Notes: a model not told the origin generated them from the sequence alone. 64,000 nucleotides of DNA from Alphaproteobacteria bacterium (GCA_965222575.1 OZ244958.1:992001-1056000); one strand, 5' to 3'. Shown: positions 19,421 to 29,264, counted from the stretch's first letter. Made by a program: numbers and translations.

Positions 19421-19576
19421 ATATAGTCCCCCCCTCACACTTGCCCCAAAGAGACTAAGCCCCGAAGCCCCAGAGAGGATTTGCCCCAAAGAGGCGAAGC
19501 CCCAAAGGACGCCCCCCAATGGGGGCTTTCCGCTTTTCTTCCTCTATAGAGGAACTTCTTCTTAGAAGACCCCCAG

Positions 19577-21950
19577 CACCTCTTCCCCAACGACTCCCTG
19601 CCCCCTCCCTTTATTCAACCCCCCCGCCCCCACGCCTTTGCCTTCAAAAGCCCTGCGTGCTTCTTCTATAGCCCGCATCTCTGAAGATTCCACCTCTGCC
19701 TCGCCACCTTCCCCAACGACTCCCTGTCCCCCCTTTTAACGCCTTTGCCTTGCCCCGCCCTTCACAAGATTCCCGCCTCTTCCCCCGTATCTTCTCCCTG
19801 AAAGATTGCCTCCGCCTCCCTAAAGATTCCCGCCTTGCGCCCCGCACCCTCCCCAACGACTCCCTTCCCTCCCTTTACCCTAAAAAGCCTTTCCCTTCAA
19901 AAGCCCTCGTATCTTCTTCTAACCCGCCTCTCTGAAGATTCCGACTCTCCCCCTGCCTCTAGCCCTGCGCCGCCTCCCCCCCCTTAACGCCTTTGCCCTG
20001 CCCCGCCCTTTTCCTGAAAGATTGCCCCACCTCTTCCCTTACGACCCCTGTTCCCTCCTTTTATTTACCCCTCCCCCTGCGCGCCCCTTCAAAAGCCCCG
20101 TATTTTCTTCTAACCCGCCCCTGAAGATTCCACCTCTCCGCCACCTCTTCCCCAACGACTCCCTGTCCCTCCTTTTATTTACCCCCCCCGCCTTGCGCCG
20201 CGCCTTTGCCTTGCGTGCCCGCCTAAAAGCTTCCCCCGCACCTCTTCCCTCAACGACCCCGCCTCTATTCCCTTCAACACCCCGCCTTTCCGCCTCCACA
20301 AAGACTTCCCTACATCCTTAAAGTCTTTGCCTTCACAAGCCCCGTATCTTCTTCTAGCCCGCCTCTCTGAAGATTCCCGCCTCCTCCCCCCGCATTTCTG
20401 TTCCTGAAAGATTGCCTCCACCTCTTCCTCAACGATTCCCTGTCCCCTCCTTTTATACTAAAAGCCCCAGCCTTTCCCTTACACCCCGCGCCCTCGTATC
20501 TTCCGTGCCTCCTTGAAGATTCCACCTCTCCGCCACCCTTCCCCAACGACTCCTTGTCCCCTCCCTCTTATACTAAAAGCCTTTCCCTTTACGCCCCGCG
20601 CCCTGCCCGCCTCCCCCCCTTAACGCCTTTGCCTTGCCCCGCCTCTCCGCCACCTCTTCCCCAACGACTCCCTGTTCCCTCCCTTTATACTAAAAGCCCC
20701 AGCCTTTCCCTTCAACAGCCCCGCGCCCTTCTACTCCCGCCTCCTGAAGATTCCCCTCCCGCCACCTCTTCCCCAACGACTCCCTGTTCCCTCCTTTTAT
20801 TCAAAAGCCCCAGCATTTTCTTCTTAAGCCCGCATCTCTGAAGATTCCCACCTCCCCGCATTTCTGTTCCTGAAAGATTGCCTCCACCTCTTCCCCAACG
20901 ACTCCCTGTCCCCTCCCTTTATACTAAAAGCCCCCGCCTTTCCCTTTACACCCCTTGCCCCGCACCCGTGCCTCCACAAAGACTTCCCTACACCCTTAAA
21001 GTCTTTGCCTTCACAAGCCCTCGTATCTTCTTCTAGCCCGCCTCCCTGAAGATTCCCGCCTCTCGCCTCTCCACCTCCCCAACGACTCCCTGTTCCCTCC
21101 TTTTATTTACCCCCCCGCCTTGCGCCCCGTGCCTCTTCCCTTCCACAACGACTTCCCTGCCGCCTTTCCCCTTAACGCCTTTGCCCTGCCAAAAGCCTCT
21201 CCCTTTACACCTCTTCCCCTGCGACTCCCTCCGCCTCCCTTCAAAAGCCCCAGCCTTTGCCTTCAAAAGCCCCGCATTTTCTTCCCTAGCCCGCCTCTCC
21301 TGAAGATTCCACCTCCCCGCCACCTCTTCCCCAACGACTCCCTGTCCCTCCTTTTATACTAAAAGCCCCCCCCCCAGCCTTTCCCTTCACAAGCCCCGCG
21401 CCCTGAAGATTCCCGCCTCCCCGCATTTCTGTTCCTGAAAGATTGCCTCCACCTCTTCCTCAACGACTCCCTGTCCCCTCCTTTTATTTACCCCCCCGCC
21501 TTGCGCGCCCTTAACGCCTTTGCCTTGCCCCACCTTAAAGTCCCGCGCCTTTGCCTTGCCCCGCCTCTCCGCCACCTCTTCCCCAACGACTCCCTGTTCC
21601 CTCCTTTTATTCCCCCCCCCGCCTTGCGCGCCCTTAAAGTCTTTGCCTTCAAAAGCCCTCGTATCTTCTTCTAGCCCGCCTCCCTGAAGATTCCCGCCTC
21701 TCCACCTCTTCCCCAACGACTCCCTGTCCCTTCCCTTTATACTAAAAGCCCCCAGCCTTTCCCTTTACACCCCGCGCCCCGCGCTCCGTGCCTCCACAAA
21801 GACTTCCCTACACCCTTAACGCCTTTGCCTTGCCCCGCTCTCCGCCACCTCTTCCCCAACGACTCCCTGTCCCCTCCCTTTATTCAAAAGCCCCCAGCTT
21901 TTCCCTTCACAACCCGCGCCCCCATTTCCCCCCGCATCTCCCTTCACAAT
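19577..21950. repeat. Non-coding C-rich mosaic repeat array: ~19 direct copies of a ~38 bp core separated by shuffled recurrent modules
   Basis: Core CACCTCTTCCCCAACGACTCCCTGT(C/T)CCCTCC(C/T)TTTAT. Its AACGAC centre (or a variant) is at ~19589, 19715, 19855, 20040, 20154, 20252, 20431, 20545, 20663, 20775, 20897, 21081, 21147, 21220, 21333, 21462, 21585, 21715 and 21858. Confidence 0.92.
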
Positions 21951-22111
21951 CCGCACTTTGTGCCCTAGAAAGAATTGATAAGGGGGGTAGGGACACTTTT
22001 GTTTGAAGTCGTTTCCATAATTTTCTTGACTTTCCCTTGAAAGTTTTGAAAAATAGGTAAGAATGAACAATTTTATAGAATTGTATGCTAAAAAATAAAG
22101 AGGAATCGTCA

Positions 22112-22915
22112 ATGAAAAGATTGAAAAACATCACTGTTTCACTATCTTTAGTATTAATATCTTCTGCGCTATTTTCTGCACCGTTAGTGGCGACTGCTGA
22201 GAACTTAGATATGAGAATGAAAGTGCTAGTGGGAGTTGGGATGAGTAAGCTTACTAAGATGTCTAACACCCTTAAGGCAAAAGCAACAGGTCATTATATA
22301 TCGGGAACTCAAGACCTTGAAGATAGCCAAGTGGTAGGCTTTGGTATTGGTGTTTTTCTTGGGTTACATACTACGAACAATCTGGAAGTAGGAATTGAGG
22401 CTTTCTTTGATGCTTTTGGCTCTTTTGAGCGTAACATGGTTTTTAAGCAGGCAAGTACTGCCGATGAAGCGTTATCGGAAGCAAAGTCCTTTATGCTAAA
22501 AAAAGCTGAGCTTTCTGGCTTTGGCGGCGCGGTTGTTTTAGGCATGAAGACTCCTCAAAAAATCTTTATTTTCTCTCCATATGCTAAAGCGGGGGTTCAA
22601 TATGTAACGGTCAAGTTCCCTCAACAGATACTGGAATGGGATGAGGATATCAAGTTACAGAAGATTAGCACCTCTTCTTTTACTCACAGAGATTTGATAG
22701 AAGCGGAATCCAGAAGTAAGTGGGGTATTGTCATAGGGGGGGGGGTTAATCTTATCAGTAAAGCATCGGGTGCCTTGATAGGGGTGGAAGCTGTGATGAT
22801 AAAGGTTTCCTTGCCTGAACTTACCACAGAAGAAAATAAGAAAAATTGGGAGGGGGGAAAGGATGTGACTGAGAATCTCATAAGAGTATCCTTGAGGTTT
22901 GGTTATAGCTTTTAA
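22112..22915 (+). CDS. Outer-membrane beta-barrel protein OMP5, containing a G10 tract
   Basis: AGAGGA RBS before ATG 22112; signal peptide; LSGFGGAVV, SPYAKAG, IGGGVN and KVSLP; C-terminal FGYSF. Confidence 0.83.
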   Translation: MKRLKNITVSLSLVLISSALFSAPLVATAENLDMRMKVLVGVGMSKLTKMSNTLKAKATGHYISGTQDLEDSQVVGFGIGVFLGLHTTNNLEVGIEAFFDAFGSFERNMVFKQASTADEALSEAKSFMLKKAELSGFGGAVVLGMKTPQKIFIFSPYAKAGVQYVTVKFPQQILEWDEDIKLQKISTSSFTHRDLIEAESRSKWGIVIGGGVNLISKASGALIGVEAVMIKVSLPELTTEENKKNWEGGKDVTENLIRVSLRFGYSF

Positions 22916-23121
22916 GTCACCTCTTAAGCCCTTTTATCTTAAGCGGGATTTATACGCAACTTGCCTTCTCTGTAAGCTTTTTTTCTATACCTTTATTTGA
23001 GCTGTAAGCTTAGGCTTTATAGCCAAGTGCTGTGAGAGAGGAATGAGGAGTTTAGGCTTTGTTTAGCGAAAATTTTTTGTTACCCTGAAGGCAACTTTCC
23101 TAACGCTACTGTTATTTTTTT

Positions 23122-24268
23122 ATGTCTTTTTCTTCTGTTACCCTTGCCCCTCCTTGTGATGTGGCATTGGTGTTGGAGGATGGTAAGAGGTTGGAGGGGT
23201 TAAGCTTTGGGGCTAAGGGCAAGGTGTTGGGGGAGATTTGTTTTCAGACTGCTATGACGGGCTATCAAGAGATTTTGACAGACCCTTCTTATAATGGGCA
23301 GATTATTATTTTTACCTTTCCTCACATAGGCAATACTGGTGGTAATCGCGAGGATATGGAGACGACTGCCTCTTATCATGCTAGGGGGATGGTGGTGCGT
23401 GATTCTGTGACGCCCCCTTCTAGTTGGCGGGCGACTTTCTCCTTACAGCAGTGGTTACAACAGCGCAAGATTGTTGGTATTAGTGGAATAGATACGCGTT
23501 TTCTCACTAGGCTTATTAGGACACAAGGGGCTCAACGGGCGGCTATTTGCTCTGTGGAGGAGAAGGCGGAGAGTGTCAGAGAGGAAATTAGGGCTTATCC
23601 CTTGATGCAGGGTCGTGAGTTAGCGGCAGAGAGTGGGACTAAGGTACCTTATGCTTATGGGGATTCTGGGGCGCCTTTTTATGTAGCTGTTGTTGATTAT
23701 GGGGTTAAGAAGCAGATTTTGGATTGTTTGTCTTCTATGGGGTGTTATATGACTGTTGTCCCGGCGGGTATGTCGGCTAGGGAGATTACTGCTCTTAGGC
23801 GCGAAGGAGGGAGGACTTCATGGGATTTTGTTGTCTAATGGACCCGGAGACCCGGCGGCTACAGGGCGTTATGCTACGGCAATACTGCGCGGGCTTTTAG
23901 AGACTGCTCTTCCTATTTTTGGTATTTGTATGGGGCATCAGTTGTTGGCTATGGCTTTGGGGTGTGAGACCTATAAAATGTCTTTTGGCCATAGGGGGGC
24001 TAATCAGCCCGTGAAGGAGTTAGAAACGGGGCGTTGTTTTATTACCTCGCAAAATCATGGCTTTGTGGTGAGGGAGGAGACTTTGCCGTCTCAAGTGGAA
24101 GTGACTTACCGCTCCTTGTTTGATAAGTGTATAGAGGGGATAAAAGTACGAGGTAGGCCGGTTTTTTCTGTACAATTTCATCCTGAGGCTAGTCCGGGCC
24201 CTCAGGACTGTCGTTATCTCTTTGAGCAATTCTTGGCTTTTATGGAGTCTTATAAGAACCATGCCTAG
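23122..24268 (+). CDS. carA: Carbamoyl-phosphate synthase small subunit, interrupted by a +1 frame change at ~23794-23820
   Basis: Frame 1 has [30 protein letters not shown] and VDYGVK; frame 2 has [23 protein letters not shown] and [10 protein letters not shown]. Confidence 0.9.
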
Positions 24269-27200
24269 GCGTGATGACCTTGAGACCATTTTGGTAATTG
24301 GAGCAGGCCCTATTGTGATTGGTCAGGCTTGTGAGTTTGATTATTCGGGCACGCAGGCTTGTGGAGCCTTGAAAGAGGAAGGATACAGGGTTGTTTTGTT
24401 GAATTCTAATCCTGCTACGATTATGACTGACCCTGCTTTTTCTGATGCGACTTATATTGAGCCTATTTGCGAGGAGGCGGCGGAGAGGATTATTGAAAAA
24501 GAGCGTCCTTGTGCTCTTTTGCCTACTGTGGGGGGGCAGACGGCATTAAATGTGTCTATGAGGTTGGCGAAAAAGGGGGTATTGGACTGTCATGGCGTGG
24601 AGATGATAGGGGCTTCTGCCCTGTGTATTGAGCGAGCTGAGGACAGGCAGGTGTTCAAGAGCATTATGGAGGACATTGGTTTTGATACGCCGAAGGCTGT
24701 TATGGCCTCCTCTGAAGAGGAAGCCATGGAGGGCTTGCGAACCATAGGGTTACCGGTGGTGATTAGGCCTTCTTTTACTTTAGGGGGGCAGGGAGGCGGC
24801 ATTGCGCGAAAAGAAGAGGAGTTTTTGGAGATTATTCGTGGAGGATTGAAGGCTTCTTTGGTGCATCAGGTAATGATAGAACAGTCTGTGTTGAATTGGA
24901 AAGAGTATGAAATGGAGGTAGTGCGTGATAAGAATGATAATTGTATTATTGTTTGCTCCATTGAGAACATTGACCCTGTGGGGGTTCATACGGGGGATTC
25001 TGTGACGGTTGCACCTGCTCTTACCTTGACGGACAAGGAGTATCAAGCCATGCGCAATGCGTCTTTTCGTATATTGCGGGCTATTGGCATAGAGACGGGG
25101 GGGAGTAATGTGCAGTTTGCGGTAGAACCTGAGAGTGGGCGGATGGTGGTGATTGAAATGAATCCCAGAGTGTCGAGGTCTTCTGCCTTAGCCTCTAAGG
25201 CTACGGGGTTTCCTATTGCGAAGATTGCATCAAAGCTTGCTATTGGGTATACGCTGGATGAGTTGAAAAATGATATTACCAGAACGACTCCTGCTTCTTT
25301 TGAGCCTACTTTGGATTATGTTGTGACAAAAATGCCTCGTTTTGCCTTTGAGAAGTTTCCTGCTGCAGTGCCGCGCTTGGGAACTTCCATGCATTCGGTG
25401 GGAGAGGCCATGGCTATTGGGGGGACTTTTAAGGAGAGTTTACAAAAGTTGGTCTGTTCTTTAGAGACGGGATTAGATAGTTTATCTTATCCGGGGGAGG
25501 TTGGGACAAAAGAGGAGGTCTTGGAGACCTTAGGGACTCTTGTGCCTCATAGGCTATTATTGGTGGCAGAGGCTTTTAGGTTGGGGGCGACGGTGGAGCA
25601 AATTTATGGACGATGTTTTTATGACAGGTGGTTTTTGCGCCAGATAAAGGAGCTTGTAGAAGCTGAGGAGATTCTCAGAGCAATGCCTCTTCTTCCTACC
25701 TGTCGGCGACAGTGGTTTGCTATTAAGGAACAGGGGTTTTCTGATGCTTTTTTAGCCCGCCTTTGGCGTACGGATGAGCAAACTGTTTTTCAGTGCAGAA
25801 AGAGTTATCTTGTGACTCCTAGATATTGTCAGATTGATACTACGGCTGCTGAGTTTGAGTCTTATACGCCTTATCTGTATTCTACTTATGTTTCACTTGC
25901 ACCGTTTGCTTCACTGGAGGCAGTGCCTTCTTCGGGGAGTAAGAGAGTCCTGATACTAGGAAGTGGGCCTAATAGAATAGGACAGGGCTTGGAGTTTGAT
26001 TATTGTTGTGTTCATGGGGCTTGGGCGTTGAAAGCTGAGGGTGTTGTGCCTATTATGGTGAACTGCAATCCTGAGACGGTTTCCACGGATTATGATACGG
26101 CTGACAGACTGTATTTTGAACCGATTACATTGGAGAGTTTGCGTAATATTTTGCATTTTGAAAACACAGTTGATGGATTTTTTGGTGTCATCTCTCAATT
26201 TGGTGGACAAACGCCTCTGAATCTTGTCAAAGACCTTGAAAAAGAGACGGTCATTTTGGGGACTTCTGCTAAGGGTGTAGAGTTGGCTGAGGATAGGAAG
26301 CATTTTTCTGCTCTTGTGGCACAACAGGGGCTTTCTCAACCGCGTAATGGAGCGGCTTTTTCCTTCAAGCAAGCGCTCTGTATTGCTAAGAGCATTGGCT
26401 TTCCTGTTATGGTTCGCCCTTCTTATATTCTAGGAGGGCAAAAAATGTGCGTCATTCATTCTGAAGAGGCTTTGAAGACTTATATCGAATCCAATGACTC
26501 TGATGACCCTATTTTGATAGAGGAGTTTTTAGAAGAGGCTATAGAGGTGGATGTGGATTGCTTATATGATGGCAAAACGATTTATCTCGGTGGGATTATG
26601 GAGCATATTGAAAGAGTTGGCATTCACTCTGGAGATTCTGCTTGTGTTCTGCCCTCTCAGTCTTTATCACGTGGGGTGAAAAGCGCTATTTTTGACCATA
26701 CGCGGCAATTAGCTGATTCTTTAGGTGTTAGAGGACTGATGAATGTGCAGTATGCCATTAAGGGGCAACAGATTTATGTGATAGAAGCTAATCCGCGGGC
26801 GTCGCGCACCATTCCTTTTGTTTCTAAAGCCACTGGGACTCCTCTTATGGTTTGGGCTACAAAGATTCTCATGGGGCATTCTTTAGAAAGTATAGCCCCG
26901 GAACTTTCTCACGAGCAACAGAGGGTTTTATCTCTTCCTTATGTTTGTGTGAAAGAATCTGTGTTTCCTTTTAAGCGGTTTAAGAATGTGGATATACTGC
27001 TAGGGCCGGAGATGCGCTCAACGGGGGAGGTTATGGGCATTGATAGGGATGTTGCGAAGGCGTTTGCGAAAGCGCAAATGGCAGCGGGAGGGAGTCTTCC
27101 CATGGAGGGGCTTGTCTTAATTTCTGTGAAGGATGATGATAAAAGTCGAGCTTTTGCTGTGGCTAGAACATTGAAAGAGGCTGGTTTTTCTATTGTGTGT

Positions 27201-27500
27201 ACGAAGGGAACGGCAACTTTTTGTAGACGGCGCGGGCTGAAGGTACAAATGGTGCAAAAAGTAGTGGAAGGCTCTCCTCATATCGTAGAACGTATCCAAA
27301 GAGGCGAAATTAAGCTTGTTTTTAATACAACGGAAGGCAAACACTCTATAGAAGATAGCTTCAAAATCAGAAGAATAACACTTCTGTATGATGTGCCTTA
27401 TTTTACGACCATTGAAGGGATGGAAGCAATGATGCAGGCTATTTTATCTGTGAAAAAACAAAAACTTGATTTTTCCCCTTTACAGGATTACTCTCTATAG
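24261..27500 (+). CDS. carB: Carbamoyl-phosphate synthase large subunit
   Basis: Begins MPRRDDL...[17 protein letters not shown]; duplicated ATP-grasp halves; MGS-like C-terminus. Confidence 0.97.
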   Translation: MPRRDDLETILVIGAGPIVIGQACEFDYSGTQACGALKEEGYRVVLLNSNPATIMTDPAFSDATYIEPICEEAAERIIEKERPCALLPTVGGQTALNVSMRLAKKGVLDCHGVEMIGASALCIERAEDRQVFKSIMEDIGFDTPKAVMASSEEEAMEGLRTIGLPVVIRPSFTLGGQGGGIARKEEEFLEIIRGGLKASLVHQVMIEQSVLNWKEYEMEVVRDKNDNCIIVCSIENIDPVGVHTGDSVTVAPALTLTDKEYQAMRNASFRILRAIGIETGGSNVQFAVEPESGRMVVIEMNPRVSRSSALASKATGFPIAKIASKLAIGYTLDELKNDITRTTPASFEPTLDYVVTKMPRFAFEKFPAAVPRLGTSMHSVGEAMAIGGTFKESLQKLVCSLETGLDSLSYPGEVGTKEEVLETLGTLVPHRLLLVAEAFRLGATVEQIYGRCFYDRWFLRQIKELVEAEEILRAMPLLPTCRRQWFAIKEQGFSDAFLARLWRTDEQTVFQCRKSYLVTPRYCQIDTTAAEFESYTPYLYSTYVSLAPFASLEAVPSSGSKRVLILGSGPNRIGQGLEFDYCCVHGAWALKAEGVVPIMVNCNPETVSTDYDTADRLYFEPITLESLRNILHFENTVDGFFGVISQFGGQTPLNLVKDLEKETVILGTSAKGVELAEDRKHFSALVAQQGLSQPRNGAAFSFKQALCIAKSIGFPVMVRPSYILGGQKMCVIHSEEALKTYIESNDSDDPILIEEFLEEAIEVDVDCLYDGKTIYLGGIMEHIERVGIHSGDSACVLPSQSLSRGVKSAIFDHTRQLADSLGVRGLMNVQYAIKGQQIYVIEANPRASRTIPFVSKATGTPLMVWATKILMGHSLESIAPELSHEQQRVLSLPYVCVKESVFPFKRFKNVDILLGPEMRSTGEVMGIDRDVAKAFAKAQMAAGGSLPMEGLVLISVKDDDKSRAFAVARTLKEAGFSIVCTKGTATFCRRRGLKVQMVQKVVEGSPHIVERIQRGEIKLVFNTTEGKHSIEDSFKIRRITLLYDVPYFTTIEGMEAMMQAILSVKKQKLDFSPLQDYSL

Positions 27501-27539
27501 TCTGAAAAGCTTTTTGAAGATTTTGAAGGAGGGTATCTC

Positions 27540-28019
27540 TTGAGTGCTGGTCCTGTACCCATGACGAAAAGAGGCCATAAGTTGCTGGTTGAGGAGTTGA
27601 AAAAACTCAAAGAAATTGAGCGTCCTAAAGTTATTGAAGCCATTGCAACCGCTAGAGAGTACGGAGATTTGTCGGAAAATGCTGAATATCATGTGGCTAA
27701 AGAAAGACAAGGCTTTTTAGAAGGACGTATTCAGGAGCTTTCTTACAAGTTAGGATGCGCTGAGATTGTTGATACCTCTATTGTCTCTGTTTCTGTTGTG
27801 TCTTTTGGGGCGACGGTGGAGCTTGAGGGTCATGATGAAGAAGAAACAGTGACTTATCAAATTGTAGGCGAAGATGAGGCTGATATCCGGCAAGGGTATC
27901 TTTCTATTACCTCTCCTCTTGCGCGGTCTCTTTTAGGGAAAGAGAGAGAGGATGAAGTGAGTATTCAGACCCCAAAGGGGACGCGCACCTTTACGCTTAT
28001 TGATATCAAAGCTGTTTAG
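27540..28019 (+). CDS. greA: Transcription elongation factor GreA
   Basis: AREYGDLSENAEYH and SITSPLARSLLGK. Confidence 0.96.
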   Translation: MSAGPVPMTKRGHKLLVEELKKLKEIERPKVIEAIATAREYGDLSENAEYHVAKERQGFLEGRIQELSYKLGCAEIVDTSIVSVSVVSFGATVELEGHDEEETVTYQIVGEDEADIRQGYLSITSPLARSLLGKEREDEVSIQTPKGTRTFTLIDIKAV

Positions 28020-28489
28020 GGCATCTGTTTTAGGACAAGGTCTTGGGTTTGTGTTAAGGGCAAAAGAGAGGTGAGGTGTTGTCCTTGCGGTGATTGTATG
28101 GTAATGAGCTGAAAGGGCCCCCATCCTTTAGAAGGGTTGAGGGGTATGTTGCTGACACTGAGATTTTCAATGGTGATTTTTGTTTGCTGAGCAGCAGTAG
28201 CAGTGGTGAGGTATATTTGACCCTCTTTTTCATAAAGAGAAGACTCTTTGAGAGAAGCGGTGAGCAGTCCACGTTGATTGAGGAGTTGATGAGACTGTAT
28301 TGCAAGGTCTCTGTAGGTGTGGGTGAGGGTTAAGAAGAGGTATGTTTGCTTTATGATAAGAGGGGCGGAGAGACTGAGAATGAAGAGTGCTATCAACACT
28401 TCTAGTAGACTAAAAGCAGGAAGAATAGGCGTCTTATTTTTCTCTTTCCAAGAGTTTTTTGATGAGAAAAATGGCATCTTCGACATCAA
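28016..28489 (-). CDS. Prepilin-type N-terminal cleavage/methylation protein (pseudopilin-like)
   Basis: Basic leader then A|FSLLEVLIALFILSL (class III signal peptide with E at +5). Confidence 0.7.
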   Translation of the reverse strand: MMSKMPFFSSKNSWKEKNKTPILPAFSLLEVLIALFILSLSAPLIIKQTYLFLTLTHTYRDLAIQSHQLLNQRGLLTASLKESSLYEKEGQIYLTTATAAQQTKITIENLSVSNIPLNPSKGWGPFQLITIQSPQGQHLTSLLPLTQTQDLVLKQMP

Positions 28490-29108
28490 TGCGGTTGTTG
28501 TTGTTAAGGTCGTAGGATTTTTTGTAATTGCGGTTTCTGAGGGCTTTTTTAAGCTGGATTAAATCCTCGTCATTGACATTGCCATCCTGATTAATATCAT
28601 AAGTATTGGTTGAATCGCTTGAATCGGGCTCACTGTTATTATTGTTAGTGTCCTGTACCTCTTCCTCTATGAGTGAATGAGGCGTGTTTGCAATGCGTCC
28701 TGTTAAGATGGTGGGCTCTAAAGTAAAAGAAGGAGCATTTTCGCTTGTGTATTGGACGCCATTAAAGGGAAGTTCTAGGGGAAAGTTTGTTTCTTCATCC
28801 AAGATTTTGTAAGTGCTTTGAGAGGTTTTTAAAAAGAAGAGCAGTTTCTGTTCGTTATTGTTGTCGCGTGTGACTGTTAGGAAGAAGACTCCGAGTTGAT
28901 TGTCAAAGATGGTCTGGGCAATGGGGGTGGAGGGGTCTGTTTGAAGTGAGATGAAGAGGGTATCTCCTTCTTGAGCGGCGATGTTGGATGGTTCTGAGTT
29001 TTCCACCTCCCCGAGGATGGACATTTGATATACAGCGTTTGCTTTTGGTAGCAGGACAATGATAAGTGTGCTACAAAAAACGATTGTACAGGCTTTATGG
29101 AATTTCAT
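28434..29108 (-). CDS. Secreted protein with C-terminal dockerin type I-like domain
   Basis: Signal peptide MKFHKACTIVFCSTLIIVLLPKANA; D/N/S-rich linker; paired Ca-binding repeats DINQDGNVNDEDL and DLNNNNRIDVEDA. Confidence 0.72.
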   Translation of the reverse strand: MKFHKACTIVFCSTLIIVLLPKANAVYQMSILGEVENSEPSNIAAQEGDTLFISLQTDPSTPIAQTIFDNQLGVFFLTVTRDNNNEQKLLFFLKTSQSTYKILDEETNFPLELPFNGVQYTSENAPSFTLEPTILTGRIANTPHSLIEEEVQDTNNNNSEPDSSDSTNTYDINQDGNVNDEDLIQLKKALRNRNYKKSYDLNNNNRIDVEDAIFLIKKLLEREK

Positions 29109-29162
29109 GGCTTGAAGTATAGGGAATAAAAGAACAAAAAGCAATGGAAAATACGGCTTTGA

Positions 29163-29192
29163 TTGACAGGAGAGCCTTTGTATTGTATACAA
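29163..29192 (+). promoter_or_regulatory. Sigma70-like promoter overlapped by a palindromic operator-like site
   Basis: TTGACA-17-TATACA; perfect palindrome TTGTATACAA at 29183-29192. Confidence 0.55.
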
Positions 29193-29264
29193 GTAGAGGG
29201 CGGCTTGCAGTCGTTGGTGGAATAAAATAAAAAATAAAAAATAAAAGATAAGAGAGGAGTGGCT

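Noticed and set aside
19577-21950. CRISPR array interpretation of the regularly recurring ~38 bp core
   Set aside because: The intervals are long and uneven and are built from recurring modules rather than unique spacers; the core is degenerate and non-palindromic; there are no cas genes in the window
19368-22112. Many short Pro/Leu/Ser-rich or Gly/Arg-rich ORFs on both strands of the array
   Set aside because: Module lengths are not multiples of three and frames break constantly; these are by-products of low-complexity DNA
15656-22915. Diversity-generating retroelement or invertase shufflon acting on the OMP genes
   Set aside because: No reverse transcriptase or recombinase, no TR/VR pair, and no inverted crossover sites seen; all genes are co-oriented
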